DNA of 62,962 bases, filler included, from Craspedostauros australis (Eukaryota), in assembly GCA_030167865.1 (NCBI GenBank). It is 11 parts of 11 records of this genome, joined end to end, with 100 filler letters (N's around TTAATTAATTAA, not from the genome) between each part and the next. Parts side by side here need not be neighbours in the genome. Positions count along the whole stretch, not along the records: positions 30,347 to 38,786 come from JALAGF010002704.1; positions 38,887 to 45,822 come from JALAGF010002705.1; 9 more parts are not named here. One strand, 5' to 3'. The notes under the pieces are model-generated. The model saw only the letters and a list, made by a program, of their open reading frames with translations, did no database searches and had not been told where the DNA came from. Shown here piece after piece: positions 34,621-45,806 of this stretch. The position numbers and the translations under genes were made by a program. Every line of letters starts with the position of its first letter. Positions within the stretch are counted from its first letter, which is position 1.

Positions 34621-36837
34621 ATGAGCGACAGGTCCAAGCACGCACACTACTCTCACAAACAGTCACATGCCGCCAGACCCCACATAACCGTGCACGACCA
34701 TGACGTGCTCAACGGCCGCGGGGTCAACATCGCGCAGCACCCGGGCAACGAACGTTTCCGAACCCTGGTCAACTCCAGACGGGATGACAAGTATTGCAGC
34801 GAGTACACGACGGGAGAGAAGAGAGCATTGGCGAAGGAGATCATCTCGCACATCAAGAGCCTCAACCCGCCAGGCCGTTTCCTCAAGCGCTTCGGCCGTG
34901 CGCACGGCAACCGCGGCCTCGAGGGGCCATGGGAGGAGCTAAGCGAGAAGGAGACCATCAAGAAGACCTGCCAAGCCCTGCGTGACTGCAACAGGGGAGA
35001 CCGTGCTGGCTACGCCGCGCAAGTTCCCATCCCACACGACGTCCAGGAGGAGACCGTCAAGCGATCCGCCACCGGCCTCACCCTCAAGGAGCATGCGGCG
35101 GCAGTCGCAGCTGCCACGTCCACCGTGCCGCGCAAGGCGCCGCTCAATGCAGCCGAAGTCGCCTCCGCGCCACCCTTCCCGACGTCGGCAAGTCCGCCCA
35201 TTCCCCTGCAGTACGCTTCCATAACGGCCAGCACCCCGCTGGAGCAGCATCAGCCCGCCGTGACGCCCACATCCACGGAGTCCAGGGTCGAGCGACCTCC
35301 CAAGCGACGAAGATCGCACGAATTCCCTTCCATGTACTACAACTCGGCCATGCCAAGTCCAGGCTACCTCGACGCACCGCACCATCCTCCGCATGCGCAC
35401 AAGCATTCCCATGGCGCTGCGCCGCCAATGGATAGGCCATTTGGTCGAGTTCCGTTGCCACCTCCACCCGGCTCTGCTCGGGGTCCCAGCATGATTGCGG
35501 TCGCATCTGCACCTGCGGCTCTACCATCGTCCGCCTCAGCACAAGAATTGGCACCCAAGACCCTTTCGGTATCGCATCACAACCACGGTTATGAGCAGGA
35601 TCAACAGCCCCGTGCTCGTCATCACCATCAGCAGCAGCATCATGGTCACAATCCTCCCCATCCTGGCTACCGTCATCCCTACTACCACAATCCGAGCCAT
35701 CGTCATCATCCAGCTCCGCATCGCAGACACCCCTACCATCCGGATCAGCGGCAGCACCACGGTCACCACCCAAATCACGGACCTCCGCATGATCATCATC
35801 GCAGGCGAAGCCTGACGCCGTCATCGGACCCTGTGCCGAACAACCAATTGCATTCGATAGCTTCTCCGGTCTCTTCGGAGCCACCCAAGATGGCGCGCCC
35901 AGCATCAGCATCCACGATACCCTCGGCGCCTCACCAGCACAGGTCATCCCTGCAACCAAGACACACTGCGCACATCGACCATTCGCCGGTTGTGCACACC
36001 CGAGTGATGCATGGTGCGATCGCTTCCCCACCCCCCTCCCTCCTCTCCACAAGCCCGGACACTTCGCCCGCTGTACCCATCGCGCATGCACCGACGTCCA
36101 CCATGATCGCCACGGCCCGGCGCACATCTTCATCGTCGTCCGTGTCCAACTTGCACCAACCCATACCGCAGGACGTCACGGTTCCATTGCTGTCCCATAG
36201 ACGGTCACCCACCATGGACGCGGCGCAAGGTCACTCCCCTTTTGGGTACTGTCCAGGAGACCTGCAATCGCAACCCGAGAACCTCAACGGCAGTAGCAAC
36301 CACCAACATCAACTCAGGCCGCAGCCACCATCGTCGCACCCGCAGGACATGGACCACATTCAGCATATTGATCATGCACCCGACGCACAGGATCATCCAC
36401 AGTTTCACCAGACTCCGGCGCAGCTACAGGACGACCTCCTGGTGCCACCGCGTCTCTACTTCGACCAAACGTTGGACGACGACAACGACCACAACCCGAT
36501 CAACGTCTTTGGACAGACCGGCGTCAACAACTGCGGTGCGGGTAACGAGAACGGCAATGACGTTTCCTCCGCCACTTTCCATGCATCCATGCTCGATCAT
36601 CACAATCACGACGACCAACCCATCGCGTACACATCCACGGACTTCCCGGATCATCCCGCACAGCAGCTCATGGATGGCACCGATGACGTGGATCTGGACA
36701 ATCCGATGCTGGCGCTAGACGTCATGGAGGCAGCCCAAACTGCTGCAGCGTCGTTAGCTAACAGCCCGCCGCTCACGCATGAAGAGGAACCGATTCCGAG
36801 CGACACTCTGGACGTTCATCTTGACGATCTTCCATAA
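34621..36837 (+). CDS. DUF6824-domain protein with His/Pro-rich disordered tail
   Basis: DVLNGRG..HPGNERFR.LV..Y..EKR.LA.EII..PPGRFLK..WEEL..IKKTCQALRD is the DUF6824 pattern typical of diatoms. Confidence 0.88.
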   Translation: MSDRSKHAHYSHKQSHAARPHITVHDHDVLNGRGVNIAQHPGNERFRTLVNSRRDDKYCSEYTTGEKRALAKEIISHIKSLNPPGRFLKRFGRAHGNRGLEGPWEELSEKETIKKTCQALRDCNRGDRAGYAAQVPIPHDVQEETVKRSATGLTLKEHAAAVAAATSTVPRKAPLNAAEVASAPPFPTSASPPIPLQYASITASTPLEQHQPAVTPTSTESRVERPPKRRRSHEFPSMYYNSAMPSPGYLDAPHHPPHAHKHSHGAAPPMDRPFGRVPLPPPPGSARGPSMIAVASAPAALPSSASAQELAPKTLSVSHHNHGYEQDQQPRARHHHQQQHHGHNPPHPGYRHPYYHNPSHRHHPAPHRRHPYHPDQRQHHGHHPNHGPPHDHHRRRSLTPSSDPVPNNQLHSIASPVSSEPPKMARPASASTIPSAPHQHRSSLQPRHTAHIDHSPVVHTRVMHGAIASPPPSLLSTSPDTSPAVPIAHAPTSTMIATARRTSSSSSVSNLHQPIPQDVTVPLLSHRRSPTMDAAQGHSPFGYCPGDLQSQPENLNGSSNHQHQLRPQPPSSHPQDMDHIQHIDHAPDAQDHPQFHQTPAQLQDDLLVPPRLYFDQTLDDDNDHNPINVFGQTGVNNCGAGNENGNDVSSATFHASMLDHHNHDDQPIAYTSTDFPDHPAQQLMDGTDDVDLDNPMLALDVMEAAQTAAASLANSPPLTHEEEPIPSDTLDVHLDDLP

Positions 36838-38386
36838 ATCCCAAGACATGCAGAATCTCCATGACGACAAGGACAAACAACGAACAATGACCACATTTAT
36901 GATGAACTCAAATCCTGGATCTGCTGTGGGCACAAGGGGTATTCGGATGGGACATAAATCTCTGGGGAAAAGAGAATTTGGTTCCTGTCAAGATCAAGCC
37001 CACAGCAGCTCTCTTGTGAGGTGAGGTGACACAGGGCGATCAACAGCGACAAAACTCGCCCATGTTCTTCCTGGGTGTCACCCGCAAGCAACAAAAACAC
37101 ACAAGATGCTTCTACCCTCCACTCTGCCAAAGCATGCTCTGCCCTACGACCGAATAGTTGGTATATATCACACATCCCAACAACCACAAAAGCAGCAGTC
37201 GCAGCAGTGATGACAACACCACCAACGGAAAGAAACAGAATGCAAATAACAAAAACAAACCGACATCAAACAAACATCGGACGGTCACAGGCGTCCGTCA
37301 TCTCTTCAAACAATCACATCATATCAATCAAACCGAGAACAGATGACAATCACGATCACAAATACCACAACCAACAATCACAATATCACGACAACAGTGT
37401 CAACAGCAACAAATGAGCCCACTTTTTGACATCGCAAAGAGCACGGGATCTCGCCAGCGCTTCTTCGTCGGCCAAAGCACACCCCAAACTAACACATTCT
37501 ACATAGTCGCACGGGCCGCAAGATGCTGGCAGAGATCGAGGATGCGTGTGATGGCCAACGCCTGCAGTCGCAGCCATATCTATGACTGTGGCCGCTCTTT
37601 CATGACGACGAACACACATTCATGATATAGTCACCGCCATCGCCTCCACACGCATCCAATTACAAAAAATACAACGAAACTAAAGTACACAAAACAACAA
37701 CTGATAGAACAGCAAATGCAAATACAACACTATACACTCTGCCGCAACAGCCATTGGTTGTCTCTGTCTCTCCTACTGTATACCACGACGACTACCTGCT
37801 CCCAGGTGCGTCACTTCCTCCCCAGCAATCGTGCGAAGGAGGACAGTCCGCGAGTTGGCTGCAGACATCAGGGCAAACTACTCGCATCGTCCACAAATCT
37901 AACTTCGCAACAGCGCAATGTTTCGTGTGGTCCCGAATCGTGTGATCGTTTGTCGAACCAAAAAATATAGCCGTTGGTCATTTGCGTCCAACAATGACAG
38001 TTCCCAAGTCCGTGCGTACCCATGACTGAATGAAGGTATCTTGCGACCATGTTTAGTCACGTATCCAGAAACAGAATCGTTTTTGGCGATTGTGTCATGG
38101 GATAGGCCTTTTCACCACAAAAGGTCGTATGGAGTGTCCGAAAGGCCCTGAATAGGCCTGCTATGTTTCGCCTCGAAAACAGGGTATTCGCACTAGTTGT
38201 TTACACGAGGGGTAGAACGAGGTTGTTCTCTAGCGTGTCCGAGATATGAACACGTTCCTCCAGCGTGGATTTCGCAACGAACCACCACACAACGCTTTGC
38301 ATCTCAGGGGATCAAATGGAACGCAAACTGGAGAACATCCGTTGCCTGGATACGGGCTAGTGCCTCAAAGAGCCGGACCCCAAAAA

Positions 38387-38663
38387 TTGGTTACAATTGG
38401 TTACATTTGGTTACAATTGGTTACAGATTTTGGATCCAATTTTCCCGATCTCAGACTTAAAGTTATAGACACTCAATCGAATATCTCTTTACATCTACGT
38501 AAACTTAAGACTCAGGGCTATCCAGGAAAGCAATAACATTATCTTGTTGTTACTACCATCTTGTCGATCTTTATCTGTTTGTTGACCCCATTGGTGTGGT
38601 TTTGCCTTCGGACGACGGACAGACCGGGTTTTTTTTGGATCCCGTTGGTTACAGTTGGTTACA
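38387..38663. repeat. 10-bp TTGGTTACA(A/T/G) repeats (x4 at 38387-38425, x2 at 38645-38663)
   Basis: Read directly from the sequence. Confidence 0.85.
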
Positions 38664-38886
38664 CGTAGAATTCTACAGGAGTCCGGTAGGATCATGCCTC
38701 TGTTGTTCGAGAAATTCGACTCTCCATCTTTGAAGTCTCCGGACTTAGCGGTCTTTGGCTCAATCTGTACAATAGATATCATTTAANNNNNNNNNNNNNN
38801 NNNNNNNNNNNNNNNNNNNNNNNNNNNNNNTTAATTAATTAANNNNNNNNNNNNNNNNNNNNNNNNNNNNNNNNNNNNNNNNNNNN

Positions 38887-40530
38887 ATGATACTCCGGCA
38901 CGATCTCTCTTTGGATCTGGACAGACTTGCTCCATAGTTGCTGCAACTCAGTTTCGGCGAGGCAGGCCATGATTGACGATGGTGCTGTTGGCGTTGATGA
39001 GGAGCTATGCTGCTTCGTAACTTCCACGAGCTTTTGCTGGATGGCTTCGTAGATCGGTTGATGCAAGCCAGGTGCGCGCCGAAGTGCGGCAACGACGGAT
39101 CGCTTGAACTTGATGCGCTTCTTGTGAACGGCATGCCATGCGATGCGTCGCGCTCGATATAACGGATCTGATGATTTCTCCTGCTCGGGAATGCTGTTGA
39201 TGACATCCGTGAGATTNNNNNNNNNNNNNNNNNNNNNNNNNNNNNNNNNNNNNTCCGGGATCGTCTCGCAAAGCCAGTGCAGTGGGAGCGGGAGCGCGGT
39301 GCCAGGCTGCTGATGTGGATTCGACTTGGGCATGGTGTGCATGTTGTAGATTTGGACTTTGGTTTTGAATATCTGCTCCCATTCGTCGATGCTGCTGCGG
39401 CGCAATGGCTCCACGAGGTGGTGCGGGATCGTGCTGTAGATTGGATCACGGAGGATGGCGCCATTGAGGGTGTGGTTGTGCTTCATTGCGTCGACGTCCT
39501 GAAGGAGCCGATACCATTCGACGAATCCGTACATGGGATGACCAGCGAACATGTGCCGCGTTTTCATCTCCTGCTGGTACTCGCTGTAGAGCCAGTCAAA
39601 GTACCTGCGATACGTGGCAGTGATTCTGAGATTGCCAGCTTCGTGATAGTCCGACAAGACTTCGTCACGGATTATGTGGAGGACCGGCCGTGGACTCGGC
39701 AGTCCCGTGCTGTTGTTCTTGTGGTTGGGGCTGCGCGAGGCTGGATGATGGTACCACCACGAAGAGTTGGATTGTCGCGAAGCCTGGAACATGAGATAGG
39801 AACGATGGAGCCTGGGAATGTCTTCGTCTGAGAAGAGCACGTGTCGGTGATGGACCCGCGCATCCTCGTGTATGCTGCGCTTCCAGGCATCGAAGCTTTG
39901 TTGGATGGTACCTTCAGCGTCGCATTTGGTATCCGATGATGTGGCTGTACTGGTACGAGTCGCGTAATATTGGCTGCTCTCCCGCAAATACCTTCGTCCA
40001 CTCTGTTGCCGAGATGATTGGCGATAGTTGGGCTGGCTTGACTGTTTTGACTGTTTTGGTTGATGGGTGCTTGTCTGGGACATGCTGATTGCTCGGCTGG
40101 TCGATACGCACATGGAGGAATCGTAGCTGCGGAAGTACTGCGATACACCGTGCGAGTAGCCTGACTCCTTGTGACCGCGGAAGGTGAGACGGTCACGTCT
40201 CAGCAAGTGGTCATAACGAGCCATCGTCTTCAGCCAATGCTGGATGGTGGTGGTTGCCGTTTTGCGTGGGCCGAGATGAAGGATCGCGGTGGGAGGGATT
40301 GGACCCATTTGTTTGCGAGATGCTGCACCTGCTGTTGTCGGTGATTGGAGATTGTCCGAGACCAGTGCCAACGGCGATGTCGTGATGCTACGTTGCTGTT
40401 GTCGCTGCTGCTGGGTTTTGGCCATCGAGTGAATCTCCTCAAAGTTGAACGTCAACCAGAGAATTCCAGCCACCAAACAGCATGGTAGAAGAGGCCAGCG
40501 TCGACCGGAAGTTTGGCTTTGTTGGGGCAT
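38887..40530 (-). CDS. Type II membrane sulfotransferase-like protein (3' truncated)
   Basis: N-terminal TM segment LLPCCLVAGILWLTF. 5'-PSB-like ILHLGPRKTATTTIQ, LFSDED, and 3'-PB-like YRRYFDWLYSEY motifs. Confidence 0.65.
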
Positions 40531-40892
40531 GGTGGGCGACTCGTCGCGTTGGGAGTGATGATCTGTGCTTGGAGTACTTATGTATGGTACTCTACGATCT
40601 ATACCATATATTGATGGGCGGAACGCGTGTGAGTGAAATAGAGTAGAATACTGTGGAAGAGATGAGTACCTGTAGGATGGGATGGCACGCTAGGAATACC
40701 AATATGCTGCTATTATAGGTATGGGATGTATCGGGAGGCTGGAAGTTGTGCTCAATGTTGTGCCCTGCTTGGTTGCTTGGCAGAACGATGCTCGTTGTTG
40801 GGGGAAGGCGCCGCAGAATTGTGAGGACTCTTCGAGATATCGTGCTGGTATGCTCGAATCACTCGGGAATCTGCATTACTTGTGTTGTATGG

Positions 40893-40941
40893 TAGTATGG
40901 TATAATAGTATGGTATAATAGTATGGTATAATAGTATGGTA
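40893..40941. repeat. 13-bp tandem repeat TAGTATGGTATAA x~3.7
   Basis: Read directly from the sequence. Confidence 0.85.
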
Positions 40942-41576
40942 CGCGTATGTCTACTCTGCTGTTCTTCCAGTGTGTTGCTTGCCCCAGCGTTCAGCTCGCC
41001 GTCCCTGGTGAGGCACACGCAGCGTCAACATTGACCACATGTACGACTACACACAAGCTGCTATGGGTCGTACCTGGTCACCAGTATTCGTTCTGTGGAC
41101 TGTACTAGAACGATGTCAAACGTCCACTTGTCAGGTATGTCAGGTTTGGTATTGCTTGTTACACTTGTTGGTTACACTTGGGGTCGCTGTTATGATGTTT
41201 TCAGCTGGCTTGTTGTTCGATTTGGTGGCATCAGGGTGCCCTGTTGTTGCTGCTGTTGCTGTTGTGTTCGATTTTGTTGTTGTGTCGAAATTCCCCGTAG
41301 TCCTAAAAGTAACGTGCTCCTGTAACGCTCAGGAGTGATCGATCATGCGCTTGCCACGTTAACGGTAGGGGGGTATTTGTTGTTTCTGTACTCTATTTCG
41401 GTTCAGTCCCGTACAATCGGGAATTACTGATGTCACACATTTCGACATTGTTGGAGGCAGTGTTAGAGTCCATCGAGTCGTCTCCGTATCCGTGACTGGG
41501 GACTCGGTGGAAGATACCAATCAACAAATGGCGCCAACAAGTTCGCGCCGAAAAACACAACTCCTCCATCATCCTA

Positions 41577-43911
41577 CAATAATAATAATAACTCAGAGAT
41601 TAGACCCTCTTATGAGGCTGCGCCGGTGGCGCTTTTCTCCGCCTTCTTTCAACTTCGTGCGCGGCACGAAGGGAGCACGGAATCTGCGTTTTGTATATGT
41701 ATGTGTCTCATGTAATGGTGGCCCGTTGTTCCGAAACGCGCGCGCCGTGGACTCAGTCGGGGGCTGGGTGAGCTTGCCGTCTACACATTAACCAATTGAG
41801 CAGGGCGCTGGTGGCGGCCGGCTCATGTAGTATGCGTGCTGCTTGCTCGACCCATACCGCGACCATTCCTACAGCGGCGTCGTCGGCGGGCTTCGTTTGG
41901 GTGATGCGGTGGTGGTCGGTACTGTCTTGCTCGAGGCGAAGATGAAGTCAGCTTGCCCTATCTCGGAGGACTTGAACCATTTCAGCTTCGGCCGAGTCCT
42001 GGCCTTCAAACATGGCCGTATTGCGCGCCGCCCATTGTTCCCAGGCTATTTTCCATATTCTCCGGATTAGCTGCTTGGACCACTTTGCGGCTGACTTTCG
42101 TGACTTCCGCTGTTGAAGGTATTCACCCTGCATAGGTAGCCAGTGCTTCGCAAGGAGACCTTTGCGAAGAGCGGTTGTGCCAATGGCGGCCTGCTGATCT
42201 GCTGCCTCTCGCATCTGGCTTCCCGGACTGGTCGAATGTAGGTGCATGGTGCCTTCCAACTGGCTGCGCAGAATGGAGATCACGCCTGTTGCTATGTCTG
42301 GTTTTGTCGGGTACGACTTCATCCACCGTCGTATGTCGATCAGTTGCCGCTGCGCAACTGCCGTCCTGTCAGCCCCTGTGCATACCCAGAAGTGTTCCGC
42401 ATGCTCTCTTTGCCCACAGCTGGGGCACTGATCTGATTCGCGCAACCCCCATTGTTTCATGCGTTTGCCGACTGGAGCTTCCCCGGTTAGGAGCTTGATG
42501 GTTAGCAGTCACCGGTTCTGGTCGAGCTCTGTCAGCGCGTCGCCAATTTCTTGCCATGCCGCTGGCTGTTCTTGTGCAATCACTTTTCTGGACTTCAGCA
42601 CTTCGGCGGTGCCTTGGAGAGTTTGGCCTTGGGCAACTGTAGAGTATCCGATGCGCGTCATCTTTCGATCTGTGACGAATGACACCCTCTCGCCTGCGAT
42701 GTGTCCTTTGTGTGTTTCGCTGTCTGGAATGGAGACTCTCGCTGCTCCGGCTAGCTTATCGGCGACGACATTCATTCGCGCCCACTCGCTTAAGTCCACC
42801 CACGCTGTACCATCATCTTGATGTCCTTTGACGTGCTTTCCTCGGACTTCGATGGGGAGGTCCTTGCTAAGGTTCCGAACTGCTCTTTGTAGATCTGCGT
42901 CGGTAGAGGTTGGTGAGAGCTGCCATTCCAGATCTAGCGCCTTGAGAGCCCCTGTGTTGTCGCACCCTATTTCCACGCCTCCTTGCTGGACTGAGTGGAC
43001 GTCGCAGACTGCTGTTAGCACCGCCAAGACTCCGTAGATGCCGGCAAGCTCCGCTCGATGGGACTGCATGACTTCATCTGTAGCTGGAGCAAGGTTGGCA
43101 ATCAGTAGCCGAGCCGAGGCGTCTCCATGCGAGGCCAGAATCATTGCGCCAGACGCGCCTTTGCCCTGGGCCACCGACCCATCGCTGCACGCCTTCGCCC
43201 GTCATTGTCGCACAGCCTGAGCTATCGTCTCCCATTGGCCTTCCAGCGTGTGCTCTCTCACTGCCCACGCCATCTCCGGAGCCATATCTCTCAATGCCTG
43301 CTCCACTGTAGCCGTATCTCGTACTGGTTCTGATTGTCCTTCGCTGGTGCTTTCGACTTGTATGCGCGTGCCCTCCCGATATCCATCGACGATGTGCCGT
43401 GGCCGCGGTATGGCGCCGTCGGCTGGCTCGTATGCTCGTCTTCGCCGTCTGCGCGGGATTCTTTTGTAGTGCTTCTCTGCGTGCGTCAGGTCTTGAATGC
43501 GATCACTATCCGGGTCCCAGAACACTTGGGGCTGCTGGGAGCTGAATCTCTGCCATTGCCCGAGTGGACGTTCTAGCTGTACTGTAGCCGATCTCGAGAC
43601 TTGGCCTATCTGCCCGATAGCCAGGTTCCATTGTCTCCATCCTGCAGACCCTATCTTGCCCACTGGCGGCCATCGGAGGCAAGACGATCGCAGTGGATCT
43701 TTGCCTTTTTTGTCCGCTGTGTTCAGGAGCTTGGTGCCGTCGGCAGAGACGATGTCTGAGAGCCAGAATACCTGTTTTGCCATTTGGCAAGTGTTGATGA
43801 CTTTCTCGTGCGACTGGCCAAGACCGAGGGCTCGGACGCGCTCCATGATTGGCGCATCCTGTTGTCGAGGGGCTTGCAGTATCCTGGTCTCCCACTGCAC
43901 TGTGATGCCCA
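41577..43911 (-). mobile_element. Degenerate 3' part of a non-LTR retrotransposon with RNase H and CCHC-type finger (Ambal-like)
   Basis: One frame is broken by TGA at 43204, 42511 and 41950. RNase H motifs SDGS, SHRAELAGIYG, IGCDN, HVKGHQD and NVVADKLA. Finger CPSCGQREHAEHFWVC. (TTA)4 tail near 41578-41590. Confidence 0.85.
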
Positions 43912-44060
43912 TGTCGAGATGTACATGTGAGTATATGTCAAGATGTACGTGTATATGTGCATCGTTCACCCGTTATTCTCTCATACACACTTGGACGGTA
44001 TAACTATACTCGTGTCGATAGTATGCTGTGATTCGTCAGAATTACAGTGGAAATAGAACA
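43912..44060 (+). mobile_element. Candidate short LTR (TG...CA, 43912-44046) followed by a PBS-like TGG motif, interrupting the LINE
   Basis: LINE-like coding stops abruptly at ~43911. The segment TGTCGAG...ATTACA is followed by gTGGAAATAGAAC. Confidence 0.35.
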
Positions 44061-45722
44061 CACGAAAAGGAGCAAGATTTCTGGAGGAAATTTGCAAATG
44101 ACGATTTCTGAGAGAATTGGAAGATCGTCCGTCCATCCATCAATGGTACCAAGAGAATCTCGAGGTACTTCCCAACTAAACCTCAGATGACGATATCATC
44201 TGACAGACTACTGCATCACCAATGGAACATGACATCTGGAGAACAGAAGGACACCTACTGACATCAACAGGATGTCATCGTGTCACCACGTCGACATCTG
44301 TCTCCAAGTCAGAGCAGGAAGCAAAGATCCAATGACCAAAGAGGATCAGCATCATGGATACAGAAGGTGAACTTCAAATGGTAAGTACTCATGGAGTAGG
44401 AGCCAGTACTGAACGAACGGAGTGTCGAATGCNNNNNNNNNNNNNNNNNNNNNNNNNNNNNNNNNNNNNNNNNNNNNNNNNNNNNNNNNNNNNNNNNNNN
44501 NNNNNNNNNNNNNNNNNNNNNNNNNNNNNNNNNNNNNNNNNNNNNNNNNNNNNNNNNNNNNNNNNNNNNNNNNCCGAGAGCATCGGGCAAGAGAACGGGC
44601 GTACACCAAGAGGATCGGAGTAGCCAAGTAATGAAATAGCAAACGAACGACTATCAACCAACACCATCTTCCACGATCGTAGGTTTACCGTGAGCGGAAC
44701 TTGCCAACACTGAATGGGGTCTTATGGGCGTGACATGACCTGTCCTGGATGGACAAACGGACCAAACTGTTGGATGAACAAAGTCCCCCAAATCGATCGG
44801 AAGAGAGTGAACAACAAATTCTCTCCGACCAGCACGAAATTGATGTCTCCTCTCTCGAATGGCAACATCAGCAGCGCGATGATTGCACGTGGGAGACTCA
44901 ACGCTCCGCTATGTTACTACTAATAGAGATGATGCATATCCAGCTCTAATGGATGCTGCTCATCACCTGCTCACAATCCTTTTGAAAGTCTCATTTGGAT
45001 TCGTATCAGCTTTAAGACTAAGAAACACACACTCACACTCAACCTCACCAACCTACTGCACTACCACGGATTGATCACCCTTCGGCGTACAGTAAGTTAC
45101 CCTCGTTTTCAATATCGTTCTATCACTTTGAGGCACTAGTGTCTTTTGGCTTGGGTGGAGGCCAATTTTTTGGTAACCATTGGAAACAATTGGTAACTAG
45201 TCGTATAAGTCAATTTGAACGTATACGCTGGTACATTTTGTACGTCAGTCCCACTCGAAGCGGCCCAAAAACCACCTTTTCTGCCACAAACCTCCTCGGC
45301 AAGTTCATGCCGCTCCATTTGTTTGAGCTCTCTTTTTGTGAGCATTCGCATGTGTGGCTTTTAATCACCCTCTCCAAGTTTGGCGGCGATTGGATGGGTA
45401 GTTGTCGAGATCTGCTCGTTTCTCTGGGGCCACCACTCGATATTGTCATTCACGAATGCCAATCACAGCGATGTATCGTGGCGAATTTTGTGTACCCCAG
45501 CGCGTGTTAGCACGCGGTGGAAATGATCACAAAACAATGTGATACCAACCGATGTGTTCCTCACATGCCATGATCAGTTCCTTACATCCTGATATCATCC
45601 ATTGTGGCTTCGTTCATCGTATTGCATTGTAGTTGATGATATGGTTGATACTTTCTACAATATCGTTGTTGGAAGGCTCCGCGCACGGAGAATCGGGAGT
45701 AGTCAACACTCTTTGCCAAAGT

Positions 45723-45806
45723 GTTACTGTTACTGTTACTGTTACTGTTACTGTTACTGTTACTGTTACTGTTACTGTTACTGTTACTGTTACTGTTACT
45801 GTTACT
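45723..45806. repeat. (GTTACT)14 microsatellite
   Basis: Read directly from the sequence. Confidence 0.97.
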
